A stretch of DNA of 64,000 bases, from contig DIWW01000024.1 of NCBI GenBank assembly GCA_002435905.1, forward strand, positions 293-64,292, given 5' to 3'. A program made the position numbers and the translations under genes. This document shows, piece by piece, positions 1 to 10,030 of this stretch. Source of the DNA: Peptococcaceae bacterium UBA6096 (GTDB lineage Bacteria; Bacillota; Peptococcia; DRI-13; UBA5745). The notes beneath the pieces are model-generated. The model was not told where the DNA came from. It did no database searches and worked only from the letters and a program-made list of their open reading frames with translations. How positions within the stretch are numbered: position 1 is the first letter of the stretch; each line of letters opens with the position of its first letter.

Positions 1-174
1 GCGGATAAGGAACTTATGGAGATAATTGAAGGAAATCTTGAAGTTAAATTACCGGATCGTAGCGAATGGAAAATTTTTAAAAGTGGGGATTCATTTGAGG
101 TGAAGGCAAATTCGAAATTCAAGCTGATCGTAAAAGAAGTAACCGATTATTGTTGCTCCTATCTAAAAGAATAG
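1..174 (+). CDS. ppnP: 3' end of pyrimidine/purine nucleoside phosphorylase PpnP (YaiE/DUF1255 family), truncated by window edge
   Basis: Frame 1 is open from nt 1 to TAG 172-174. Translation ..[45 protein letters not shown] parallels the C-terminus of E. coli YaiE as remembered (..[39 protein letters not shown]). Confidence 0.6.
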   Translation, partial: ADKELMEIIEGNLEVKLPDRSEWKIFKSGDSFEVKANSKFKLIVKEVTDYCCSYLKE

Positions 175-197
175 AATTACACGAATAATAAGCATCC

Positions 198-1883
198 TCA
201 TTGCCCAGCCCTATTCAATATGTTGTACAAAGTCTGCAAGGAAATCTTCAATTTCCTTGCAGCTTCCTTTTTTCCGGCATAATGGTGCCCGTATTTGTCC
301 AAAGCCTTCAATACGAGCTGGTGCTCAAATTCAGCCATAGGGACGATTTCATCCGGTTCGGCTTGCGGATTCAAGAACAGATAGGGCTTCAACAATTCCG
401 AGCTGATGGTCGCCTTATCAGCCATAAACACCAGGCGCTCCAGCATATTCTCCATTTCCCGGACATTGCCGGGCCAATCATAACGGCACAGCAGAGCCGC
501 GGCCTCATCACTGAAAACACAGGCCTTGCTTTGTTTTCGGTTGATGTTTGCCAACAGGGTTTCGGCCAAGATCGGAATGTCCTCGATTCGGCTGCGTAGG
601 GGCGGGATGTTGATTGTGATCACATTCAATCGATAAAACAGATCGGATCTGAACAGCTTGTCATGGATTAGCTGCATTAAATCCCGATTGGTTGCGGCAA
701 TGATTTTGACGTCGATCTTGTGGGAATCACTGCTCCCGAGGCGCTCAACCTCCTTTTCCTGAAGGACCCGCAGCAGCTTGGCCTGCAGGCTTAAACTCAT
801 ATCGCCGATTTCATCTAAAAAGATGGTGCCTTTATGGGCCAATTCGAACTTGCCGATCCGGGTTTTATCAGCACCGGTGAAGGCCCCTTTTTCATAACCA
901 AACAATTCGCTTTCAAGTAAATTATCCGGGATCGCGGCGCAATTGATTTTGATGAACGAGTTGTTTGAGCGGTTGCTGTAATTATGGATTGCCTGTGCAA
1001 ACAGCTCCTTGCCGGTGCCGCTCTCACCTTGGATCAGGACGGTCAAATCCGAATCAGCCGCTCTTTTGGCGGTTGCCACGCAATTTAAAAAACTCGAAGA
1101 GCATCCGATCAGATCATAAAAAGTATATTTTGTGGTTGTGAGATTTTTTATCTCTTCTCGCAAATAATCGATGACTTCTTTGCTCTTTTCCAATTTTCTC
1201 GCCATTTTGGTCACGTCGGACAGCTCTTTAAAAACAGCAATGGCGCCTTTATATTCCCCATCGACGATAATGGGGTATCCGTTCGACAGTCCTTTCACGT
1301 CCGTGCTTAGGATTTCGTTGATGTTATTCAGAACGGGCTGATGGGTGCGCATAACCTCCACCAAGGCGCCTTTGGGGGAAACTTCAAGGATGTTGTGTCC
1401 AAGACGGGATTCGGACTGCAAACCGGAGATGTCCGTAAAAGCTTTATTGATATAGATGACCGTGCCTTCCTGATCGATGATCTGGATACCTTCGTTGGTG
1501 GCGTTAAAAACCGCTTCCAATTTAATGTTCAGTTCTTTAATGACGGATAAATCATTCTTGTTATTGATTAAGTGATATAGTATTTGGATGACTTTGTCCT
1601 CCGCCACCATGGTGCCGGGAGCTTTGAGCTGCATGATCGAATTCCGGATCTCCATATCATTGGTGACATCGATGATCACATCCGCAGGATTGTTTTTTAT
1701 TAAATCATCAAGGTTATCAGAAATCATTAGATGATGCTGATCAAGGAAACGCAGGGTTTCATGTTGAGACATCGTGGGGAAAAGACCTACGATGTTTATG
1801 TTTTTCAGCGACAGGAAAGCTTTGATCAGGCACAGGCTGACCGGATTGGCACCGACAAAGATGACTTTTATTTTTTTACCCAT
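198..1883 (-). CDS. Sigma-54-dependent transcriptional activator (N-terminal Rossmann-like domain, PAS, AAA+ sigma-54 interaction domain, C-terminal HTH)
   Basis: Walker [22 protein letters not shown] loop (EKGAFTGA), PAS-like segment ([20 protein letters not shown]) and C-terminal HTH. Start moved to MGKKIKV (ATG at 1883), which has GGAGGG 5 nt upstream. Confidence 0.9.
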   Translation of the reverse strand: MGKKIKVIFVGANPVSLCLIKAFLSLKNINIVGLFPTMSQHETLRFLDQHHLMISDNLDDLIKNNPADVIIDVTNDMEIRNSIMQLKAPGTMVAEDKVIQILYHLINNKNDLSVIKELNIKLEAVFNATNEGIQIIDQEGTVIYINKAFTDISGLQSESRLGHNILEVSPKGALVEVMRTHQPVLNNINEILSTDVKGLSNGYPIIVDGEYKGAIAVFKELSDVTKMARKLEKSKEVIDYLREEIKNLTTTKYTFYDLIGCSSSFLNCVATAKRAADSDLTVLIQGESGTGKELFAQAIHNYSNRSNNSFIKINCAAIPDNLLESELFGYEKGAFTGADKTRIGKFELAHKGTIFLDEIGDMSLSLQAKLLRVLQEKEVERLGSSDSHKIDVKIIAATNRDLMQLIHDKLFRSDLFYRLNVITINIPPLRSRIEDIPILAETLLANINRKQSKACVFSDEAAALLCRYDWPGNVREMENMLERLVFMADKATISSELLKPYLFLNPQAEPDEIVPMAEFEHQLVLKALDKYGHHYAGKKEAARKLKISLQTLYNILNRAGQ

Positions 1884-2001
1884 ATGGACCCTCCCCCGGA
1901 ATAATGCAGGAAAAATCAAGAATCTGGATTTGCAACTCTAAAAACTGGATTCCCCAAAAGGGCGCGCTGCTTTGATTTCAGGGAATTCTGAAAAATATCC
2001 A

Positions 2002-2018
2002 CATCCAAAGATTGGATG
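2002..2018. promoter_or_regulatory. Perfect palindrome CATCCAA-aga-TTGGATG, candidate activator binding site (UAS)
   Basis: 7-bp inverted repeat in the divergent intergenic region, about 40 nt upstream of the -24 element. Nearby direct repeats TCTGGATT/ACTGGATT lie at 1921-1955. Confidence 0.3.
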
Positions 2019-2058
2019 CGGCGGTTCTTCAATGCCTGATATTGTTAATATAAGGCAT

Positions 2059-2074
2059 TGGCACGGCATTTGCA
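2059..2074 (+). promoter_or_regulatory. Sigma-54 (-24/-12) promoter
   Basis: TGGCAC-ggcat-TTGCA matches the consensus TGGCAC-N5-TTGCA exactly. It lies about 117 nt upstream of the first operon gene and is divergent from an EBP gene. Confidence 0.75.
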
Positions 2075-2190
2075 AATGATTCAAGGTATGGGCCTATGGA
2101 TGGCATCCAGATCAAAGCCCTTGCAAAAGCCCCTGTTCAAGGGGGCTGGGAAGCCAAACAAAACGGTCTGGGCCAAAGAGGTGAGACACA

Positions 2191-3309
2191 TTGAACGTTA
2201 TGGAGACCGACATCGCGGTCATTGGGGCAGGGCCTGCTGGATTATCCGCCGCGATTCAAGCTGCCAGGTCCGGTGCGAAAGTCCTCTTGCTTGATGAGAA
2301 TAAAGCGCCGGGTGGGCAGTTATTCAAGCAAATCCATAAATTTTTTGGATCGAAAGAGCATCATGCCGGCGTGAGAGGGTTCAACATCGGCCAGGAGCTG
2401 CTCAAGGAAGTTCAAAGGCTTGGCGTGACGGTCATGCTGGATACGGTCGTCTATGGCATCTATGAAGGTCTGGCCTTGGGCGTAGTCCATCAAGACAATC
2501 ACTATTCAATCAAGGCCAAACGGGTGATCCTTGCCACGGGCGGCCAGGAAAACTATATGGCTTTTCCCGGCAGTGCTTTACCGGGTGTCATGGGCGCAGG
2601 CGCGGCCCAGACCATGATCAACGTTCACCGGGTTTTGCCCGGCAATAAAATATTGATGATCGGCTCAGGAAATGTGGGGCTGATCGTCTCTTATCAGTTG
2701 ATGCAGGCCGGGGCCGAGGTGGCGGCCTTGGTTGAAGCCATGCCGCAAATCGGCGGCTATGGCGTCCATGCGGCAAAAATACGACGGGCGGGCGTGCCGA
2801 TTCATACATCCCATACGATTTTAAGGGCTTTGGGAGAGAAAGAGGTGGAAGGGGCGGTCATCGCCCGGCTTGATCAGAACATGCGGCCCGTGGCTGGAAG
2901 CGAGCGGGAATTGTCCGTCGACACGATCTGTCTGGCGGTTGGGCTGAATCCCATGACGGAGCTGGCCTGGATGACCGGTTGTCAGTTTGAGGCTGTTCCG
3001 GCGCTTGGTGGCCCCATCCCCCTTCATGACCACAACATGCAGACCACCATAAACGGTGTTTATGTTGCCGGAGACATTGCGGGCGTTGAAGAGGCTTCCT
3101 CCGCCATGGAGGAGGGTAATCTTGCCGGCATTGCGGCGGCAGAATCCTTAGGCTGCCTTCGATCCGATGAAGCCAACGCGCAAAAAGACATTTACCTGAA
3201 CCGACTCATGGCCTTGCGAACCGGACCCTTTGGCGAAAAGAGGAGATTGGCCAAGGAGCATTTGCTGGAGGCCATGAAGCACGCAAGCGCTGATCGGGTA
3301 TCCAGCTGA
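2191..3309 (+). CDS. NAD(P)/FAD-dependent pyridine-nucleotide-disulfide-type oxidoreductase subunit (HcnB / OoxA / LhpE-like)
   Basis: N-terminal dinucleotide fold DIAVIGAGPAGLSAAIQAARSGAKVLLLDE and second fold ILMIGSGNVGLIVSYQL. TTG start with GAGGTGA 6 nt upstream. Confidence 0.8.
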   Translation: MNVMETDIAVIGAGPAGLSAAIQAARSGAKVLLLDENKAPGGQLFKQIHKFFGSKEHHAGVRGFNIGQELLKEVQRLGVTVMLDTVVYGIYEGLALGVVHQDNHYSIKAKRVILATGGQENYMAFPGSALPGVMGAGAAQTMINVHRVLPGNKILMIGSGNVGLIVSYQLMQAGAEVAALVEAMPQIGGYGVHAAKIRRAGVPIHTSHTILRALGEKEVEGAVIARLDQNMRPVAGSERELSVDTICLAVGLNPMTELAWMTGCQFEAVPALGGPIPLHDHNMQTTINGVYVAGDIAGVEEASSAMEEGNLAGIAAAESLGCLRSDEANAQKDIYLNRLMALRTGPFGEKRRLAKEHLLEAMKHASADRVSS

Positions 3310-3401
3310 ATGGTAAAATGACCGCCGGCCGGCTGGATTTCATGGGCCCGCAGGCTCCACCGGCACATCAGGGATCAAGGGATTCCGGAAGGGTGAAATC
3401 A

Positions 3402-3686
3402 ATGGAAGCGAACACTGCGAAATTTATCTGTCGGTGCCAGGAAATCACGGAAGAGGAAATCTATAAGGCGATCGAGGATGGGGCAACAACGATCAAAGGC
3501 ATTAAAGATCGTACGGAAGCCACCATGGGTTTATGCCAGGGCAGAACCTGCCGGAGGCTGATTGAGCGAATGCTTCCGGCATCGGGGGAGCCTTCCCGGG
3601 AAAGGTACAGCTGCAGGCCGCCGGTGCGGACGGTGAAGATTGGGGACCTGCTTAAGGACGAATCGTCGAAAGGGGAATTCGAATGA
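3402..3686 (+). CDS. BFD-like (2Fe-2S)-binding small subunit (HcnA / LhpF-like)
   Basis: Cys pattern CRCQEIT...GLCQGRTCRRL is typical of the BFD-like [2Fe-2S] domain. Start chosen at MEANTAKF (GGAAGGGTG upstream). The longer ORF from 3318 is also possible. Confidence 0.7.
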   Translation: MEANTAKFICRCQEITEEEIYKAIEDGATTIKGIKDRTEATMGLCQGRTCRRLIERMLPASGEPSRERYSCRPPVRTVKIGDLLKDESSKGEFE

Positions 3687-4891
3687 GTTCGGTTGATGCA
3701 GTGGTGATCGGCGGCGGGGTAATTGGCTGTGCTGTGGCATATAACCTGGCCAAGGCCGGTGTGTCCGTCGCCATTGTTGAACGAGACGACATCTGTGCGG
3801 GAACCTCGGCCGCGTGTGATACGGCGATCCACTTACAGTCCAAAAGCCCTGGCTTGCATCTACGGATGGCTCAGGAAAGTATTAAGTTGTTTCCTGAGCT
3901 GCAAAAGGATTTTGATGAGGACATACATTTCAAGAAAACCGGCACCATGATCGCCATTCAAACCCGGGAGCAAAATGAAGTGATGCGTGTTTTTGCAGAG
4001 CGGCAAAGAAACAATGGGCTGGATGTGGTGATCCTCGATCGAGCCGCCGCCGTCGAAAAACAGCCCATGATGAAGGGCGATCTTGTCGGAGCTACGTATT
4101 GCACGGCCGATGCCACCATCCATCCCCAGTTCCTGACCAAAGGCTATTTTCAGGCCGCCAAAAAATATGGGGCCAAAGCGATGCTGCACACGAATGTAGA
4201 AAACATCGCCCTTAAGGATGGACATGTGGCGTCAGTGATCACCAATCGGGGAAACATCCAGTGCAAGTATGTTGTGAATGCTTGCGGGGCCTATGCGCCG
4301 TTTATAGGAAAGTTGACGGGTCTGGACATTCCCATTGCGCCGAGACGAGGGCAAATTGTCGTAACCGAACCGATGCCTAAGTTTACGCATACCATTGTCA
4401 ATTGTGCGCGGTATATTGCAGCGAAATTCAGACCGGATCTGCTTGGCACGAGTGAAGCCGACAGGATGGGGATCGGCCTGTCCCTGACCCAGACAGAAAG
4501 GGGCAATTTATTAATCGGCGGAACGAGAGAGTTTGTAGGATATGACACGAGAACCACGCAAAAGGCGTTGTTGTACATTCTTCAGCATGCAGCGAATATT
4601 CTACCCGCGCTGAAAGATATTCACATCATCCGCACCTTTGCAGGACTCAGACCCTTTACCCCCGATGGTTTGCCGATCCTGGGGAACGTGCCGGGAATCG
4701 AGGGTTTCGTCATGGCGGCCGGGCACGAAGGCGACGGTCTGGCGCTTTCGGCGATCACCGGAAGGCTCATCACTGAAATCATTTGTGAAAAACAAAGCGC
4801 CTATGATTTTGATTTAACAAAACTGTCTCTGGAACGCTACAAGAATCTTGATATAAAGGCTTTCGAAGCCCAATACGCGGTCTATAAATAA
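3683..4891 (+). CDS. FAD-dependent oxidoreductase, DAO family (HcnC / OoxB / LhpB-like catalytic subunit)
   Basis: DAVVIGGGVIGCAVAYNLAKAG fold; length and C-terminal AAGHEGDG segment are typical of glycine/D-amino-acid oxidase-type enzymes. ATGA start/stop overlap with the upstream gene. Confidence 0.85.
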   Translation: MSSVDAVVIGGGVIGCAVAYNLAKAGVSVAIVERDDICAGTSAACDTAIHLQSKSPGLHLRMAQESIKLFPELQKDFDEDIHFKKTGTMIAIQTREQNEVMRVFAERQRNNGLDVVILDRAAAVEKQPMMKGDLVGATYCTADATIHPQFLTKGYFQAAKKYGAKAMLHTNVENIALKDGHVASVITNRGNIQCKYVVNACGAYAPFIGKLTGLDIPIAPRRGQIVVTEPMPKFTHTIVNCARYIAAKFRPDLLGTSEADRMGIGLSLTQTERGNLLIGGTREFVGYDTRTTQKALLYILQHAANILPALKDIHIIRTFAGLRPFTPDGLPILGNVPGIEGFVMAAGHEGDGLALSAITGRLITEIICEKQSAYDFDLTKLSLERYKNLDIKAFEAQYAVYK

Positions 4892-5000
4892 ACATTGATA
4901 ACCTCACCTCCGGATGCGGAAGCGCCGAATGACCCACGAGCAATGGATTTGGGTGGCTGTCTATGTAAAAAGTTGGTATACTCAAACCGAGGTGATGGTG

Positions 5001-5756
5001 ATGGAACTCAAAATCGAGGACAGGGACTTAATGATTCTGGAATATTTCAAGGATATCAAGGTGCCGCTGGGGGCTTGGCAGATCGCAAATCTGATGGCCA
5101 ATGACGGAATCGAAAGCAGCACGGCAACCATTGGAAGACGTTTGAACAAATTGGAGAATGCAGGATATCTGGCGCAGGACTGCAAGTATCGAGGCCGGCA
5201 TATTACCGCTCAGGGCATTAAAGCGCTGGCCTTGAAAAAGCACATGAAAGATATCAGTTTGCAATCCATGCATCTTGAAAAGTATCTGGTTCCTGAGCTC
5301 CTGGAGGACTTTAAAACCATCCTTGAGGTTCGGCGGATCGTTGAATCAGGAACGGCTCGATTGGCCGCGATGCGGGCTACGGAGCAGGAAATCAGCGATA
5401 TGGAAGATCTTCTGCTCAAAGAGGAACAAAAATATAAGTATTTCTGGATCAACAGGCTCGATGTGGAATTCCATATTTCGATCGCCAAAGCGGCAAAAAA
5501 CGCAATCCTGGAATCGTTGTATTCGCAAATTCTGGGGATGGGTCAGCAATCCACTGCATTCGAATATTTAAGAAAACGAATCAAAGCCGGATTTGTATCG
5601 AATCATCGAAAGGTATTGGAGGCCATTAAAAAAAGAGATGCCGCAGCCGCTGAAGCCGCGATGCAGGAGCACATCGACTCGCTGATTGGCGACCTCAAGA
5701 CCTATTATGACACGTTTATTTTTGAAGAGGCAAAACAGGGCGGAGGGGAAGCGTGA
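5001..5756 (+). CDS. Transcriptional regulator with N-terminal winged helix and FadR-type FCD ligand domain
   Basis: FCD-like helices (LEVRRIVESGTARLAAMRATEQEISDMEDLL ... EFHISIAKAAKNAILESLY). N-terminal wHTH (AWQIANLMANDGIESSTATIGRRLNKLENAGYL). ATG at 5001 lies 6 nt after GAGGTG; 4995 and 4914 are alternatives. Confidence 0.65.
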   Translation: MELKIEDRDLMILEYFKDIKVPLGAWQIANLMANDGIESSTATIGRRLNKLENAGYLAQDCKYRGRHITAQGIKALALKKHMKDISLQSMHLEKYLVPELLEDFKTILEVRRIVESGTARLAAMRATEQEISDMEDLLLKEEQKYKYFWINRLDVEFHISIAKAAKNAILESLYSQILGMGQQSTAFEYLRKRIKAGFVSNHRKVLEAIKKRDAAAAEAAMQEHIDSLIGDLKTYYDTFIFEEAKQGGGEA

Positions 5757-6046
5757 AAGGAATTGTGAGTCTGCTTTCTTGGCCATAGCAGCCCACACGC
5801 GATGAATGGTTGAAAAAACGAGGAAATGGGAGCAAATTAACATCAGCTGCTCATAAAATGATGAGCAGGCAGAAATGATCACAGGACCGAAGGCTCTTTC
5901 AGCCGGAGTACAGGATGAAAAGCGCATTAAAATTTTTATCAAGAAGCCTTGAGAAGGAGGTGTCGATCTTTAAAAACCGAAGTGAGGGCCCTGGTCGTGG
6001 TATAGGCTGGTGGAAAACAGCAAAAAATGTTTAGGAGGATGATCCA

Positions 6047-6811
6047 ATGATACAAGTTATTATGAGCGGCGCACTCGGTCGCATGGGGCGAGCGATTGCG
6101 GAAAATGTGAAGCTGGATGAAAACATGACAATTGTGGCGGGGGTCGACAAAGCTGAAGGCACCGCCGACTTTCCCATTTATCACGACATTCGTGATGTAA
6201 CGGAAGCTGCTGATGTGATCGTTGATTTTTCAAATCCGGAAAATCTCCAGAATATTTGTCAATATGCCGAAGAACACAAAATCGCTTTGGTGGTCGGGAC
6301 GACGGGCATCCTTGAAGAGGACCGGAAAAAACTGCAAACGGCGGCACAGAAGGTTCCGGTCATTGCAAGCCACAATGTTCATGTGGGAACCTATGTGTTT
6401 ATCAATTTGGTCAAGCAGGCCACAAAACTTTTACCTGGCTTTGATGTTGAAATTGTGGAACGGCATCATAACCAGAAAATCGATGCGCCAAGCGGTACCG
6501 CTCTGATGATCGCCGACGCCATTCGGGAAGTCCGGAATGATGCTGAATATGTCTATCAGCGGGCGGATAAAATTCAGAAAAGAGCGAAAAATGAGATAGG
6601 GATATATTCTGTCAGAGCGGGGAATATTATAGGACAACACACCGTTATCTTCGCAGGAGACGACGAGGTGATTGAATTAAACTCCAACATTACGTCAAGG
6701 AAGGTTTTGTCCGCAGGCGCGGTTCAGTGCGCCAAATTTATTGTGGAAAAAGCACCTGGATATTACACATTGTTTGATGTAGTAAATTATCTGGAAAACA
6801 GGGAGGGATAA
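6047..6811 (+). CDS. dapB: 4-hydroxy-tetrahydrodipicolinate reductase (DapB) family protein, divergent
   Basis: GALGRMGRAI NAD(P) fold and the signature ERHHNQKIDAPSGTAL. The usual (A/S)PN(F/M)SxGV is SHNVHVGT here, and the distal H-x-A-x-SR is N-S-N-I-T-SR. AGGAGG RBS. Confidence 0.75.
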   Translation: MIQVIMSGALGRMGRAIAENVKLDENMTIVAGVDKAEGTADFPIYHDIRDVTEAADVIVDFSNPENLQNICQYAEEHKIALVVGTTGILEEDRKKLQTAAQKVPVIASHNVHVGTYVFINLVKQATKLLPGFDVEIVERHHNQKIDAPSGTALMIADAIREVRNDAEYVYQRADKIQKRAKNEIGIYSVRAGNIIGQHTVIFAGDDEVIELNSNITSRKVLSAGAVQCAKFIVEKAPGYYTLFDVVNYLENREG

Positions 6812-6813
6812 CC

Positions 6814-8346
6814 ATGAAAAAACACTTGATATTTGTATTAGCAAGTCTTTTGACCGCGTGCATGCTTTTAACAAGCTGTGGAACGCAAGCGAACATTGCC
6901 TCCAATGCACCCGTAGTGGCTGCTCCTATAAAGACGGACATTGTGATTGCGCTGCAAGGCGAGCCCAGTTCTTTAGATGTCCATTATCCCGATGATGGCA
7001 ATATGTATTTTGTGACCTATAATGTCTATGAATCTTTGTTCAAGATGAATGGCAAGACCCTGAAGCCCGATCCCTGTCTTGCGACCGGCGCTAAGAAAAT
7101 CAATGATACAACCTGGGAATTTACCCTTCGGGAAGGCGTTAAGTGGCACGACAACACCGAATTTACGGCTGAAGACGCTGCCTTCTCAATCAACCGGATC
7201 ATTGATCCGGATTTTGGTTCCCAGAATTTATCCGATGTGAATACCATCGAAAAAGCCGAAGTCATTGATTCAAAAACGATACGGGTCACAACGGTGGGGC
7301 CTGATCCGATCCTGCTCAAACGATTGACCAAGCTGGATATTCTGCAAAAAGCCTTCTATGAGGGCAAAACGACCGATGAGGTGACCAGAGTGGCAATGGG
7401 CACGGGCCCGTACAAGCTTGATGAGTGGAAAACGGGAGAGTATATCAAGGTCTCCGCTTTTGACAACTATTGGGGTGAGAAGCCATCGATTAAAAACGCC
7501 AAGTTCCGTTTTATTGAAGAACCCATCACGCGCCTTTCCGCGCTGAAGACAAAGGAAATCGACTTTGCGGTCAATATGTATCCGGAATACGCTTCTGAAT
7601 TGCCAAAGGTTTTTAGCGCCATAGGAATGGAAACGTACTGGATCCGTTTCAACCAGATCTCTGGCGTCATGAAAGATAAAAATGTTCGTTTGGCTGCAAA
7701 TTATGCTATTGACCTGCAAGGCTTGGCCGACAGCCTGTTTTTAGGCTATGCTGCGCCTGCTCAGGGGCAAATGGGCCGAGAAGGCTATTTCGGATACGCT
7801 GACAGTGTTCAAGGCTATGGCTATGATCCGGAGAAGGCCAAGATACTGCTGAAAGAGGCCGGGTACAACGGAGAAGCGGTCCAGATCATCTCCGAACGGG
7901 GCAGGTGGCTGAAAGATGGAGAGCTTTCTGAACTCATCGCGACTCAGATGACGGAGGCCGGCTTCAACGTGGAGCTTAAATTTATCAGCTGGAATGAATA
8001 TCTGGAGACCATGTTTGATAAGAATAAGATGCCCCATATGCAATACAGCTCGAATTCCAACGAGTTTTTCGATATGGATAAAACCTACAGTGCGTTGGTG
8101 CATAGCGCGGGGACTCAGGCGGGCATGAAAAATGCCGAGTACGATCAGCTGATCGAAGCGGCGCGGGTCGAGATGGACGAGGCGAAACGCGAGAAGATGT
8201 ATGCGGAGCTCGCTCAAAAGCTGCACGAGGATCCTTTCGCGCTCTTTCTTTTAACCTTGAACGACCTGCATGGGGGTGCTGAAAATCTGAATTGGACCCC
8301 GAGACAGGATTCCAAAATTTATATCAGTGAAATGTCCTTCTCCTGA
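6814..8346 (+). CDS. ABC transporter substrate-binding lipoprotein, family 5 (peptide/opine/nickel type), no cognate permease/ATPase adjacent
   Basis: Lipobox LLTSCG; family-5 SBP-like sequence throughout (KWHDN.., YWGEKPSIK..). RBS GGGAGGG. Confidence 0.85.
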   Translation: MKKHLIFVLASLLTACMLLTSCGTQANIASNAPVVAAPIKTDIVIALQGEPSSLDVHYPDDGNMYFVTYNVYESLFKMNGKTLKPDPCLATGAKKINDTTWEFTLREGVKWHDNTEFTAEDAAFSINRIIDPDFGSQNLSDVNTIEKAEVIDSKTIRVTTVGPDPILLKRLTKLDILQKAFYEGKTTDEVTRVAMGTGPYKLDEWKTGEYIKVSAFDNYWGEKPSIKNAKFRFIEEPITRLSALKTKEIDFAVNMYPEYASELPKVFSAIGMETYWIRFNQISGVMKDKNVRLAANYAIDLQGLADSLFLGYAAPAQGQMGREGYFGYADSVQGYGYDPEKAKILLKEAGYNGEAVQIISERGRWLKDGELSELIATQMTEAGFNVELKFISWNEYLETMFDKNKMPHMQYSSNSNEFFDMDKTYSALVHSAGTQAGMKNAEYDQLIEAARVEMDEAKREKMYAELAQKLHEDPFALFLLTLNDLHGGAENLNWTPRQDSKIYISEMSFS

Positions 8347-8441
8347 AACGGATTGGTAGGAGACAAAAAGCTTCGCTAATTGGATATGGATTCTATCTGA
8401 ATCGATTCTGAAAGGAGGCGTCGCAGAAACGTCGCCGGCGG

Positions 8442-8487
8442 CATGCATCACGCCCTGAACTGCAACGATGAGCGGGCGTGATGCATG
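8442..8487 (+). other. Stable intergenic hairpin (14-bp perfect stem, 18-nt loop)
   Basis: CATGCATCACGCCC ... GGGCGTGATGCATG between the SBP and symporter genes. No clean U-tract follows. Confidence 0.5.
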
Positions 8488-8579
8488 AGGAGCCAAGCGC
8501 TTTTATCCGCAGTTTTCCGTTGCCTTTCTATGGTTGTCCTTCATCGTTGGAAAAACATATGAACAGGAGGATTTGTATC

Positions 8580-10013
8580 ATGAGTCTTGGCACACAGCTT
8601 TGGCTTGCAACGGCAGTTCTTGGCCTCTTTTTCCTTTGGATTTCTTTCAGGGTCAGTCACAAAGCCAGCGAGAGCTTTTCCAATTACTCAATTGCCGGAG
8701 GCACCCTTCCTTTCTTTCTGATTTTTTTCACTGAATTTGCGAACATCATGGGTGTCGGTAACTTTGTCGGCCATGCGGCGAAAGGATATCTCAATGGCTT
8801 GCCTTGGCTTTTCTTCATTCTGGGCGAGCAGGGATCGAAAATTATTTTCGCCCTCTTTTTTGCCGGGTTTGCAGGTAAATTTACATATAATACATTTATT
8901 GAAATGATCAACGACCTGATTGTCAAAGACAAAGTAACTCGAGTCATCGCAGCGGTCCTGGCCTGCAGCATCATGATCGCCTGGACCGGCGGCCAAGCCA
9001 AGGGTTTTGGAACTATTTTCCAGGTCATCACCGGCGCCAATCCTATCCCCATCATCTTCCTGTTTACCGCTATTTATATTGTTTATACCACGGTCGGCGG
9101 TTATTATTCCCTGGTTTGGATGGATGTGGTCCTGGGCATCATGGTTCTTGTTTTCGGCACGATTTTTTATTCTTATGCTTTCAAAATCGTGGATTTCAGC
9201 TTTGCCGAAATCGGTATACGGCTCACTGCCATGGGCAAAGCAAACATGTGGAGCTTCGGCGGCGCCAGCTACGGCGTCGCGCTCACCAACTTTATCACAG
9301 GCTGCGTCGGCATTCTGGCTGCTCAGCTGTACTGGCAAAGCTGCTTTGCCGCCAAAGACCAAAAAACAGCCCGCAACGGCCTGCTGACCAGCGGCGCCAT
9401 CGCCATCATCATGGTTATGCTGACGGCGATGGTCGGCATGATCATCTTTACGGTCAATCCCAACCTGTCCGGCGAAGAACCCATGCCCTGGTTTATGATG
9501 AACATGGTGCCTCAATTCGTTGCCGTCGGTATCTTTCTTTGTATCATGGCCGCCGGCATGTCCTCCGCAGACTCTACGCTGAACTCTGCCACGGTTCTGA
9601 TAACCAACGACGTCATTTCAGTTTTCAAGCCGGGCCTTACCGATAAACAGCTGTTGACCATCGTCCGGACCTTGACAGTGATCATCGGCATTTCAGCAGC
9701 CTTGGTTGCCCTCTATGCCCAATCGATTTTAAGCCTCTTTTCCAGAGCGTATTCCATGGCCGGCGGCGGCTTAGTGCCACTTCTGGTGGTCGGTCTGCTT
9801 TGGAAAGAACGGCCCAATGAAGAATTCGTTACTGGCAAAACAAACAGCAAGGTCACCCCGTGGGGCGCCCGGATCGGCATGATCGCCGGCGCGGTTCTCT
9901 CCCAGATCAATTCTCTGGGAACCTACAAGATCCTGATCGCGTTGGGCATTTCCGCCGTTTTGATCATCGTGGTCTCCATGATGACCTCTGACAGCAAAAC
10001 GACTGCAGCCTAA
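8580..10013 (+). CDS. Sodium:solute symporter family (SSF) transporter
   Basis: About 13 predicted hydrophobic helices with SSF-like organisation. Start moved to ATG 8580 (MSLGTQLW), AGGAGG 9 nt upstream. Confidence 0.8.
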   Translation: MSLGTQLWLATAVLGLFFLWISFRVSHKASESFSNYSIAGGTLPFFLIFFTEFANIMGVGNFVGHAAKGYLNGLPWLFFILGEQGSKIIFALFFAGFAGKFTYNTFIEMINDLIVKDKVTRVIAAVLACSIMIAWTGGQAKGFGTIFQVITGANPIPIIFLFTAIYIVYTTVGGYYSLVWMDVVLGIMVLVFGTIFYSYAFKIVDFSFAEIGIRLTAMGKANMWSFGGASYGVALTNFITGCVGILAAQLYWQSCFAAKDQKTARNGLLTSGAIAIIMVMLTAMVGMIIFTVNPNLSGEEPMPWFMMNMVPQFVAVGIFLCIMAAGMSSADSTLNSATVLITNDVISVFKPGLTDKQLLTIVRTLTVIIGISAALVALYAQSILSLFSRAYSMAGGGLVPLLVVGLLWKERPNEEFVTGKTNSKVTPWGARIGMIAGAVLSQINSLGTYKILIALGISAVLIIVVSMMTSDSKTTAA

Positions 10014-10030
10014 GAGACTGGATGATTTCA

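Noticed and set aside
5757-6046. Possible lysine (L-box) riboswitch or second sigma-54 promoter upstream of the dapB-like gene
   Set aside because: Only a simple hairpin (CTGCTCAT-aaaa-ATGAGCAG, around 5843-5866) is visible. There is no L-box core or GG-N10-GC element with correct spacing.
8688-9515. 275-aa minus-strand ORF inside the SSF symporter gene
   Set aside because: It is antisense to a membrane-protein gene. The D/G/H/A-rich translation has no domain, so it is a shadow ORF.
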